Shown here piece by piece: positions 13,481-30,350 of a stretch of 64,000 nucleotides of DNA (the first letter of the stretch is position 1; the number at the start of each line of letters is the position of its first letter). Both the position numbers and the translations under genes were made by a program. The notes under the pieces are model-generated. The model made no database searches. It was not told the DNA's origin and saw only the letters and a program-made list of their open reading frames with translations. The DNA comes from Blastocystis sp. Blastoise (lineage: Eukaryota; Protista; Bigyra: Opalinata): the NCBI GenBank assembly GCA_039096225.1, contig JBBPEB010000025.1, positions 124,001-188,000 of the forward strand, in the 5' to 3' direction.

Positions 13481-14469
13481 TTAGATGATAATTTGATTTG
13501 ATAAATTTGTATACAAGTAGGAAATCTTGTCATTACATATTGCACTAATACATAATAAAAAAGAAGAACCATTATTGTGATCTATATATACATATATAAA
13601 ACAAATAATCAAAATAATTATAGATACCAAAAATAAAAGAATAAGAATCTTTGAATGATATTAAAGGAATTGAAATAGAATATTCTTCAGGATAACTAAT
13701 TATTTCTACTCTATAAACATATTATAAGAATAAACAAAATATACTTTAAAATATGATGATTCTGTTGAATATTAGTTGTATTTAAATTCCAAGAGAGTGT
13801 TATCCATTGTATATTATCTCTATATTGCATAGTTGCAAGTAATTTAGCATGTTGTGTCCAATAAAGTTCATCTTCTAAGCAAAGAAATTGTTCAGGGTCA
13901 ACAGGAGGTAAAGAATCATGTTGAATTATTTCCTGTATATTGACTTTTAATGAAGTAATTGGAGAATAACTTATATTTTCAGTCATAGGAATAGTCCATA
14001 GAGAAGAAGAAGAAGTATTATGATATAAGTAATATAAGTATGTATATTCAGGTATAGAACAATCTCCAAATGTACATTGCTTCTGTAGTTCTAGAAATAT
14101 GTATATATATAACGTTTATTAATATATACCTTTTTGTATACATTCTTTTTCTTTCATAAACGATCCATTATAACAATAAGTATTATCTATATAATAATCA
14201 TTATAATTATTGTCATATATATATTTTTTTTAATTATATAAATATTATATAAATGACTCATATATTATAATATATATATTATACAAATAACTCATAATAT
14301 ATATCTTATATAAATAACTCATTATTCTTATTCTATATACCATGATTAGCAATAGAAGAAGACCAATGTCCATGGTCACATTTCTTATGATATAGAGAGC
14401 ATGCATTCATGGCAACTTGGCCTTCTTCTAATGAACATATAATAGTATTCTCAATGCATTTAGGATCTA

Positions 14470-14507
<38 letters not shown>

Positions 14508-15000
14508 TCATGGTAGATTATATTAATAAAATCATAATAACGCTATAATATGTTCTATATACAAGTAATTTCACAACTATAACTCGGTTTTCCATTAAAA
14601 CAGGATCTACCTAATTATAATAATGAATAATATATATATAGATAATAATACCTATATAATGATAAGGTCCCTCAAAGTGGCCGTTGTGGCATATAACATA
14701 ATTCTCAGCACATTGATTCATTCCTACAAGATTCCCATGGGAATCTACACATTGATTTCCTTCAAATGTACATATATCCTGTTTATTAAATAGAGAATGA
14801 AGAGATATTTTTTGATTCTCTAATTGAATAAGATCACCATTATAACAATAGAAGCCAGCTATATAGAAAATAGAGTATTATTAGTTATAATATATTAAAT
14901 AATAAATTATTTAGATTATTTATATACTAATATTATTATTATATATATATAATAAATCTATAATTATTGATTATAGCACAATATATATAATATACTATAA

Positions 15001-15032
<32 letters not shown>

Positions 15033-15632
15033 AGGAACAGGTAGAAGATCTGAGTATTTATGATGATCACATTGTATTCGATATAATGTATAGAAATCAT
15101 CCAAAATAGCACCATTTTCATTAGTACATTTATACCCAGTAAACGAACATTCTACATATATATATATATAGAAACTATTCGTAATATTTATATATACTTA
15201 AATATAAAACAACTATTTTATATATTTATAAAACATTTCATTTATATATTTTTTAATTGATATATATATATATATACCTGATTCTGAGAGAGGTTTTAAA
15301 ACAAGTAAATTATTCATACATACTGTTTCTTCTATGATGAATAACTCATAATAAATATTAACAATAAAATACCTGGAACATGATGAAGGGTAGACCAATG
15401 GTCTTCATTACATATACGATATCTATATCATTTGAATTAATATTAACAAGTCATAAATTTTATACATATATTTTATATACAAATAAGATTCGTTGTCTCT
15501 TTGATTCCATGATACATAACACTTTATCTCACTTTCAGAACAACCTACAACAAACTTTTTAAAATCAATAATAAAACACATACTTGGCAAAGAAGCAACG
15601 ATAGTTAATAAAAAAAGTATTAAAAAAAACAT
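13481..15632 (-). CDS. Secreted protein with about 4 Cys-rich repeats (CBM14/CBM19-like spacing), about 11 exons
   Basis: Signal MFFLILFLLTIVASLP; repeats CSFTGYKC..QCDHHKYSDLLPVPSGFYCYNG, CTFEGNQC..ICHNGHFEGP..RSCFNG, CIENTIIC..KCDHGHWSS..TYCYNG; canonical introns; TAA at 13483-13481. Confidence 0.7.
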
Positions 15633-16192
15633 CAACAACAAAATACAAAATAATATAAATTATAGCATTAAAGTAATTTCAACGAGAAGAAGACTTTTCG
15701 AATTATTCTTTTAAGAATTACAAAACGAAGATTTGTGAAAATCTGTTTTATCTTTACGAAAAATACAAATAATCAATTTACATATCATTTTCTACTAACA
15801 CATTTCATTTTCAACGACTTAGACATTCATCAATATCAAACGACCATGAAAGATAAAACAGAATGTAATACTATTTCCTTTATATTATATAACTTTCAAT
15901 TCCAGCAATAGAGTGTTACATATAATATGTTCATCTTTAATCAATTATAAAGATAAGTACTTTAATCTGAAATTTTATAAAACTACCTCACGAAGAATTC
16001 ATATTTATTTTTCCTTTCCAAAGAATACTCATTGATAACTTGCTTTTCATTATGAATAACTATTCAAGAAGCATCATTCATAAATCAATACTTCACTATT
16101 TTTGAAAAAAAAAACAAAAATTTCTCTTATTTTATTCAAATAAATGTGGGAAAATCAAAAATTTTTTTATTCAGTTTAAATACTATCCTAGT

Positions 16193-17213
16193 ATGAGTTA
16201 TTAATATCGATAGAATATTTTGTTTTTCTATAGTGAGTAATAGGAAGAAAGTGATATATACATCTCCTGCCAAACCGAGTAGATTACGATCTCGAATTGG
16301 GCTAGATGTGTCAGATCAAGATCAGAATCCTTTGACAGTTGCTCAGAAAGAGATGAAAAATAAGAAAATAGATATCTCAGAAAGAAAAATAGCTTCAAAG
16401 AGTATTTATTTATAATTGTGCTTGTTATGTCATATATAATCTATGATTCCTTAAATTTATGATTTTAGATTTGAATATGAATGATTTTTGTTATATTGAA
16501 ATGATTTTTATTGTCTATATTCTTCTATAGAAAAAGTCCATGTCAATGATTTACAAATTGTTGCTAATACTTTTGATGATGTATCCAATCATGTATTTGC
16601 ATCTTTAAGAGAACATGGAAAACGTATTCCTGAATCTGCTATTAAGATATTTATAGATGAAGTCAAATCAGACTTAGAGATTTATGTATGTTTTTTATTC
16701 TATTTATTCTATTTATTCTATTTATTCTATTTATTCTATTTATTCTATTCTATTATTATTCTATATATTACTAATATTATAACAATTTATAATACACTTG
16801 CAAATACATATGATGAAACAAAAAAGAAGAAGCGTCAATTAATGTCTTCTATAAACCAATCAAGAGAAGAATTATTTAATGTATATATATACTTGTTTTT
16901 ATTGAAACTATGTATATAAATAGATTAGAAAGAATAAAATAAATCTTATGGAACAAATTTCTAAAGAACAACCTATGTTAGATAAAGAAAAACAAGTATA
17001 TATAATAGTTACTTAGAATATTACTATAATATTTATTAGAATCAACAACAAATCAAAGAAGCTGGTCTTTTCTTTACAGATTTTAAGCAGAAAATATCAA
17101 AAAAAACATTTATATTTGATCGGTATACTACAGTATCTTCAGAAATGATTGACCCTGCTGTTTTCCTAAAGAATCTTAATACAGAACTTCGTTTCTCTCT
17201 TTCTAAACAATAA
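16193..17213 (+). CDS. Coiled-coil protein resembling kinetochore CENP-U/Ame1
   Basis: Spliced product has DLQIVANTF, SAIKIFIDEVK, KKKRQLMSSINQSREELF, IKEAGLFFTDFKQ, FLKNLNTEL, collinear with the CENP-U C-terminal domain as I recall it. Start codon uncertain; one intron (16686-16790) needs a GT-AT junction. Confidence 0.55.
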
Positions 17214-17512
17214 TTCTTTCTCATTTCATTTTCAAGAACTCAACTGAACTCCAAATTAATATTTATTTTGTTTCTTCTTTTTCTATTTTACTCTTTTATG
17301 CTTGTGTTTTATTCCTTTTCTAATCTTGTTTATGAATTCCATTTTATATTTGATTTATTATTGATTATTTTCTTTTCTTATCAAGATTGTAGTGTCGTTA
17401 TAACAATTTTTTCATCCTTTTCTCTTAACTGAATACGTTTAATGCTTAAAAACAATGAAAAATTTTGTAAAAATATTTTTTTGTTATACTCACGAAATAT
17501 TGTTTCAACAAA

Positions 17513-18746
17513 ATGGATGATATCACAGAACGGTATGAACGTCAAATTAAGTTTGACCAAATTGGAATTGAAGGTCAAAAAAAATTAGCAGAAACATCAG
17601 TTTTATGTATTGGTTGTGGTGGATTAGGCAGTTCATGTATTCTTTACTTGGCTGGATGTGGTATAGGTATCCATTTTTTATTAATTCTTTTGTTTTTCAA
17701 ATATATATTATTTTTATATGAATTTAAATTTATTCAATACATTATATAGGTAAATTAACTGTTATTGATAATGATATTGTCGAATTGAGTAATTTACATC
17801 GTCAACTAGCTCATACAGAAGAAGGTGCCAAGAATAAATTACCTAAAGCTATTTCAATGAAAAATCGAATTGAGTCTATTAATAGTAACTGTCAAGTGAC
17901 TGCAATTGTTGATTATTTTTCAACAAAGAATGCAATTCAACTAGTTAGTTCCCATGATATCATAATTGATTGTTGTGATAATATTCCTACAAGGTATTTT
18001 TGTTGTTGTTTATTTATCTATGTGATCTATATATATATATATATATATATATTTATTTATTTCAATACATAATAACTATCTAAATATCATTCTTCCCATA
18101 AGAACAATTCAGAATAATATTTTTTTTTTATTTCTTTTTAGATATGTAATAAATGATGCTTGTATATTATGTAATAAGCCATTTATATCTGCAGCTACTC
18201 AACGATGGTCAGGTCAAGTATTATTATATTTAAATATATATATATAATCATTTATATGTTCAAGCAATCTATTATATCTTCTTCTTTATTTCAATATAAC
18301 AATATCATTATTTGTAATAGTTGACAATTTATGGATATAAAAATGGTCCATGTTTTCGTTGTTTAAATCCAAATCCTCCTCCTTTACCTGATGTAACAAA
18401 ATATGGAACAAAACTTCCTGTTATTCCTCCACTTCCAGGAATGATGGGATGCTATGAAGTATTTAAATACATATAAAAATATCATCATTACTTAAAATCC
18501 ATATTTTTTACTAAATATTATTCTTAATAACTATAACCATAGGCATTAGAGGCTATCAAATTAATACTTAATATTGGAATCCCACTCTCTTCTCAAATGT
18601 TTTTCTTTGATGGAGAGACAAATCTTATAAGAATCATGAAATTACGTTCTAAACAAGATAGTTGTGTCTGTTGTAATAAAGAGAAAGAATGGAATATCGA
18701 AAAATGCCATCACTTTATCCAACAAAATTACAATAGAGATATGTAG
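17513..18746 (+). CDS. ThiF/MoeB/Uba4(MOCS3)-family E1-like adenylyltransferase, no rhodanese domain (5 exons)
   Basis: RYERQI, IGCGGLG, DNDIVELSNLHRQ, DCCDN, CFRC and CVCC zinc pairs; TAG 18744-18746. Confidence 0.9.
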
Positions 18747-19403
18747 GGAGAACCATAAGGCTTCATAGTATATATATTAGGGGTTTTCAAAGTTTAAAAA
18801 TGGATCGATCCATAGTTATTGTTGCTAATTTTTATACTAATTCAATGTTGTGTTTAGTTAAATATATTGTTTATATTGACAGTAAATAGGATAGAAAACT
18901 CTTCATTTAAATAATCCGACTATAAAAGAACCTTTTCTATGGAGAGAAAAGCACAACGCCAAAAAATGGGATAAAAGTTCAGTTAAATTTTAAAAAAAAG
19001 ATCCATACTAATCATGCCTTTGTTATGTTTAAGAATACCAGTGTCGAATTAAAATCAAGAAAAGTCTATACAATTTTCTTGATAAACAACCTCTAGTGCC
19101 CAGTAGGCAACCATTTCACAGAGCAAATGACTTCAAAACTACATTTTCACCATTCTTGCAGACTTTCCCACGGGACACTTCGGCTATTTCTATAATATTA
19201 TTTGTGTCCTTTTGAATAGGGTCGACATTTTGGGGCAATCTATTTATTAGATATTTTTAATATATATTTTCTTCATTCTTTTTATCTAGACTTTTCTGGA
19301 AATGGAACGCATGAATCGGATTCTTTATAAAATAAAAGATTAACTTTTGTCATAAATTATTTAATTTGAAAGTTTATTTTAATAGTTTTTATACTAAGTC
19401 ATA

Positions 19404-19535
19404 ATGGGTCACGATCACGTTGCTAAGGGTGCTCATGGTAAGAAGTTAGATGGTGCTGAAGCTACTAAGGAAGTTAAGCCTGAAGAACATGCTGCTGATG
19501 CCAAGGAAGAAAAACACGGTCATAAGAAGCATTAA
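19404..19535 (+). CDS. 43-aa His/Lys/Glu-rich microprotein MGHDHVAKGAHGKKLDGAEATKEVKPEEHAADAKEEKHGHKKH
   Basis: Isolated ATG..TAA ORF with the codon bias of the highly expressed genes here (GGT, GCT, AAG, GTT) and much higher GC than its flanks; below the ORF-track size cutoff. Confidence 0.75.
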   Translation: MGHDHVAKGAHGKKLDGAEATKEVKPEEHAADAKEEKHGHKKH

Positions 19536-21139
19536 ACGAATTAGTTGTACTATATCAAAAAAATATAACCACATTTGCTTTGCAGTTTATGAGTTGTGAT
19601 TAATCACATTTTTATTCATTCTCTAGTTTTGTTTCTTATTCTATTTAAAGTATTTAAGCAACTTATTAAATAATAAATCTCTATTAAAATATAAAGAAGA
19701 AAAATATCATATTTTATTTCTTCAATAATCTATTTATAACGAACTATAATAAAAATAATATAGTTCATAGGACATTACAGTATCAAAAAGAATAATTTCA
19801 TATTAAAATCTAGTATACAGAATAATAACAAGGACATTATTGTTAATCCAATGAAGAATAATTGAGGAAAAAATATCAATATAATATTTTTATTTCATCT
19901 AGATATAGTTAGGTTCACTATAAAGGGACTTTTTGATTCAAACATGTATTTCTCATTACCATGGATACTTTTTTTATAATATAAACTTGAAGAACGTATA
20001 AATCATGACTTACATAACTTAGTATATAAATAAATATAATAAAATAATCAATTCAACTATTTTTTACTAAAAAAATGAATTTTGAAGATTATTTACAATA
20101 TAATTCGTCTAAAAAATCCAGAAAATCAATATTTTTTTTGATATGTCTTATATAAATATAAATTAATTCATAAATAATTCTTCTTTGAGTGCATTAATGT
20201 ATTTATGAATCAACAAGATTTGTTTTCTTGGTTTCATGTCATTAATTGTTTTGTGCATTAATGTATTATTTATTAATTTATAGATATTCTAACTATAATC
20301 ATGATATAATGACATAAAATATTAATAATAAATGAATTTAAATGATCTTTATAACAAATTATTTCAAAACCATAGTATTCAGTTGTGTATAATTGTATAA
20401 CAGCAAAGAAATATTCTACTTATGCACTTATTTGTAAAAATAATGTCATTCAAATATCTATATAGTATTCATGTCAAATGAAATTATTTAACTGATAGCT
20501 CTACTATTATTAAATTAACAGAAATAGAGTTATCTATATAACAGTTTTATAACTAATCTTTCTCTATATAAATCAATATAATTTTGATTACAAATTCTTG
20601 TTTATTTCTATATTGAACGATTATATAAGATGTAAAACATCATAAAAAAGATAAAAATCAATTCTACAATTGAAAAATCTTACATCAGACAAATTATCCA
20701 TGACCAAAATTATATCTGATTTGTTTTCATAATACTTGCTATTTAATTGTATTCTATAAAATTTTAATTTCAATTTCCTCTTTTCGTTTTCATTAGGAAT
20801 CATTGCCATTTACAGAATTAACTTGAGTTGTTTATTTATGAACGATAACATATGAAACAAAAACTGAATTATTTTCTATATATTTGCAATCATACGTATA
20901 ATACTCGTCTAGATTCTCTATATCTGCTTGCTTCTGATATTATTCATTTTATGACGAAGCCAATCTCTATTCTTTTCTCATTTAATTGGCTTATTTCTCT
21001 TCCTTTTCCAATGTTCTCCAAAGAATACTGCTCACAGATGAAGATTTTTTTTCTTATTTTATTTTGTAAATATACTAATATTTCATAAATAATTTATTTT
21101 TATAAATCTTTACTTTTTTAAATACTAATCACTATTACA

Positions 21140-22171
21140 ATGCCTTTCACTTTACCTGCTCTTCCTTATGCTAGAAATGCTCTTGAACCTCAAATTTCTG
21201 AAAATACTATCAACTTCCATTATGGCAAACATCATCAAAATTATGTAACATTTTTATTTATATGTATACATAATATGTTTTTAAAATATCATAATAAATT
21301 TTATATATAATTTCTTTTTTTCCATATAATTATGTCAATACTTTAAATACTCTTTTACCTGAAACTGAATCTACTCTTGAAGATCTCATTAAAACCGCTA
21401 CTGGACCTGTATTCAATAATGCTGCTCAAGTTTGGAATCATACTTTCTATTGGAACGTATATATTTATATTAATATTTTATATTTCATATATCTGTATTC
21501 ATTATTTATTCTTTAAATATTCGTTTTTTAAATATTCTAAAATTCATAATCAATTAATATTATTTTTTATTTAGTCTCTTTCTGAAGTTGCTAATCAAAA
21601 ACCTACTGGTGAACTCTTAGAAGCTATTGTTGCTAAATGGGGTTCTTATGAACAATTTATTGAAGCTTTTACTAAAGTAGCTGCTACTCACTTTGGTTCT
21701 GGTTGGGCTTGGCTTGTAAAAGATAAGAATAATGAATTATCTCTTATTAGTACTCATGATGCTGCCAATCCTATTAGAGGTATATTTATATTTATTATAA
21801 TAATTTTGCTATAATAGTGTTTTTTTAAGTTAGTTATTATTATTATTTAAATTTATATATATATTTTATGTTTCTTTTTATAAACATTCTATTCATTTCA
21901 TAAAAATTCTCATTATTATCTATTCTATATCCCATTTACATAAATATTAAATAACTATGTATATTTTTAGATGGTTTCAAGCCTATTCTTTGTTGTGATG
22001 TTTGGGAACATGCTTATTATTTAGATTATCAAAATGCTAGACCTGCTTATTTAAAGAGTATTTATATATGCAAATTTTTATTATTCTTCTATTTTTCTAT
22101 TTATTTAATATATTATAGATTTCTTTGAACGTGCTAATTGGAAATTTGCTCTTGAAAATTATAAATTATAA
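21140..22171 (+). CDS. sodB: Iron superoxide dismutase (5 exons)
   Basis: [33 protein letters not shown] (Fe-type), [20 protein letters not shown]. First intron 21245-21333 has no AG. Confidence 0.95.
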
Positions 22172-22546
22172 ATCAGAAAAATATAGAAATAGAATTCATT
22201 CTACATATGTGTATTAATCTCGCTTAGTTGCTTATTTGTCTTTTTACTTTGTTTAGTTAAATATTTAACTTTTATTACATCTATATTGTTTTTAAAAGAT
22301 AACAAACAATAATATTATAAAGGAAACCCATATTTAGTAATCATATAAAAATAGCATATTATAATTTATCCATGAGAATATAAATAACCTTTTAAAATAT
22401 TCCTTCATATTGATAAAAAAAAACAAAGAAAAAGAAGAGAATAAAAATTTAATATATATATATAAATAAAGAATAATAAAGTAGAAAGAATAAAACAAAA
22501 GTCAACAAGAAAAATAAATCTTATTAAATTTATTTTACTATTGTAT

Positions 22547-24232
22547 TTAAATAAGTTCAATAGTAGCACCAACAGCTTTTAATTTCTCTACCATAGCCTA
22601 TAAACAAAGAATAATATAGAAAAAGAAGTAAATAAAAGTATTGGAAATATTTTAATTAATAATATATATATATATATATATACATTAGCTTCATCCTTAG
22701 GAACATTCTCTTTTACATTTGAAGGAGCACCTTCAACAAGAGCCTTTGACTATATATATATATATATAATTTATCTATATATATATATTATTATATCTAT
22801 ATATTAATTTATCTATATATATATATATTATTATATCTATATATTAATTTATCTATCTATATATATTAATTTATCTATATATATATATATTATTATATCT
22901 ATATATTAATTTATCTATCTATATATATACTTCTTTAAGACCAAGACCAGTAATACCACGAACTTCTTTAATAACCTAGACATAATTATATAAATAAAGA
23001 ATTAATAAATAAATAGAATATTTAATATATATATATATATATATACTTTAATCTTATCAGCAGCATTGAATTTCACTAATTTAATTGTAAAATTAGTTTT
23101 TTCTACTTTCTTTTCTTCTTTCTTAGGAGTAGCATTAGCACCACCCTATATAAGAAACATAAGAATAATATATATAATAATAAGAATTATTAAAAGTAAA
23201 TTGAATAACAAATAAATCTAATGAAAATAATACATTAGCAGCAGGAGCAGCAGCCATAGGCATAGAAGCAAAATCAGCATTGAAACCAGTCTTCTTCTAT
23301 ATATTTATAATATTTAATATATTTATATTAAATTTATTAAATATAAAATAATATAAAATAAACATAATATATAGTAATAAACATCTTAAATATACCATAA
23401 GGTAATCAAATAATAAACTAGTATCTACCCAATTTAAGCCTAAAATAGTATCAGCAAGGTATATATTAAGATATACTATTATACATATAATAAAAATAAA
23501 AAATAATAATGAAACAAAAAAAAAATAAATAAATGAAATAAAAAATAAAAAAATAAATAAATAAAATATAATAAAAATTAAAAATAAAAAAATAAAAATA
23601 ACAATAAATAAAATGGATATCTTTTTAAGTTCAGGAGTAATAGGAATATTTCCGGCAGCATCTTCAGCTTTTGTTTGAATAGTTACTTTATTTCCTTTAC
23701 CATCATCTACTACTTTATGAGACTCAGTTTCCTATACATATATCATCATATCAGTTTATACTATCAAGAAAACAATACAAAATAAAAAAAAAATATTATT
23801 AAAGAATAAAATAAAATTATAAATATACAGCAACAACTTTAGCTTCAGCTTGTTTCTTATCAGCTCCAGTAGCTTTCTTAATATCTTTAGCTTCTTTCTC
23901 ACGAGCATCAGCTACTTTAGTTTGAGATTTTTTCATTTCTTCACTCATCTATAAATTATTAAAAAAATATAGTTCTTTTTTATACCTTAGCTTTCTGTTC
24001 ATTTTTAGTCTTCTTGGCAGCTTCACTCTACAGACATATTAGATAGAATCAAATAAATAAATATAAATAAATATAAAAAAAATAGACATACAGCTTCCTT
24101 AGATTCAACAGAGAAGGAACGAATTTGAGAAAGACTATTCATATTGAGAATGACAGGTCTAGACATAATATTGACCGAAGAAGCCATAACAGCTGATCGT
24201 TTTAATCCAGCAACAAGAACCCTAGAAAACAT
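22547..24232 (-). CDS. MRPL12: Mitochondrial ribosomal protein L7/L12 with targeting peptide and long charged N-terminal extension (10 exons)
   Basis: MFSRVLVAGLKRS..QIRSFS presequence; [49 protein letters not shown] C-terminal domain. Confidence 0.92.
23459..23620 (-). other. U12-type (minor spliceosomal) AT-AC intron in MRPL12
   Basis: AAG|ATATCCAT...TATCTTAATATATAC|CTT; restores ELKK|LADTILGL in frame. Confidence 0.85.
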
Positions 24233-25059
24233 TATCTATAATCTACAAACTAATTTAGGATAGGCAAGGAGAACCTTAGGACTTATAAATGTAAACTCAC
24301 CTCAGAAAGATGAATTAATTCCAAGAAACTATAGGTCTCGCGGTTAATTTACAAAATAACCGACTTTTCCTATGATTCCCGTTCTCCTCTTTTTCTCTTT
24401 TTTTATATTATAAAGAATACATTATTATTCTTGAAATATTCTATGTATTCTCTATTTTGATAATTCCCAATATTTGAAGATGCATACGAAATCTTTTAGA
24501 TCTCAGTTTAAAAAGATATCTCTTTTTTCAATTCCATAATACTGTATTATTTGAACTTCTGGCTATAAATAAATAATAAAAAAATAAGATACGCTTGAAT
24601 AATATATTAATATCTAATGTATACTTGTAACAAAACTAATGAATATTGAAATTCAAATAAAACCACAAATAGAAACATTTTATATGTTCAACATCACAAA
24701 AAAGCAAAAAGAAATTAATAAAAGATATTAGAATTAAAATGAATATATATATATATAAAAGTGAAATAATCGTTGCTAATAGAGCAATAATGAATAAATG
24801 AAAAAGAATATGTATATAGACAGAATAAAAGAAAACCGAAAAAAAAGAAAAAAGATAAAAAAAAGAGTAAGAATTAAGAATATACAATTGTATATCAAAT
24901 AATATCGATAGAATTATATATGTTTCTTTCAACGATATATACATATATAAAAGAGAAAAATAAAATTTTAAGATTCAAGAATAGATGATAAGAAATATAA
25001 TACGAATAGATTTCTAATAGAACATTAAAAAAAAATATATATATGTGACTAACAATAAA

Positions 25060-29904
<4,845 letters not shown>

Positions 29905-30350
29905 ATATATATAACATGTAAATATGACTTAATATATATAAATTAATCGAGACTCAATAGATCAAACGTAAAAACAACGTGTAGTTATTTGAATTTTATT
30001 GTTTTCTTGTAACTTACTCTTTCAATTCTTGAAAGACTCGGTTTTCTTCATGTTTATTTCCGAAAAACCTCCTAGAATCTCATTTTTCCCAGAATAAAAA
30101 ATCTGATTTATCGACTGAAAATCACTTGCAATTTTTCAGTTCTTTTAACTTTTTCTTGTTTTTGATTTTCTTGATTCATTGATTTTAACATTTATCTATA
30201 TTTTATACGTATGAATATACTCTATAAAATTCTAATTACACAATTTTCGTTCGAAACATGATATTTATTTATATATAACTGCATTGTTTTTTTCCATTTC
30301 TTTTGTTTTTTTTTATTTTTCCTGGAATATATTTTTCTAAAATATATAGA

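Noticed and set aside
22301-22308. TGTTTGTT (minus strand) downstream of MRPL12 and similar GT-rich motifs after other genes, suggesting Blastocystis-type stop codons created by polyadenylation
   Set aside because: Every gene reconstructed here has a genomic TAA/TAG, and this motif lies about 240 nt past the stop, so there is no evidence for poly(A)-created stops in this window.
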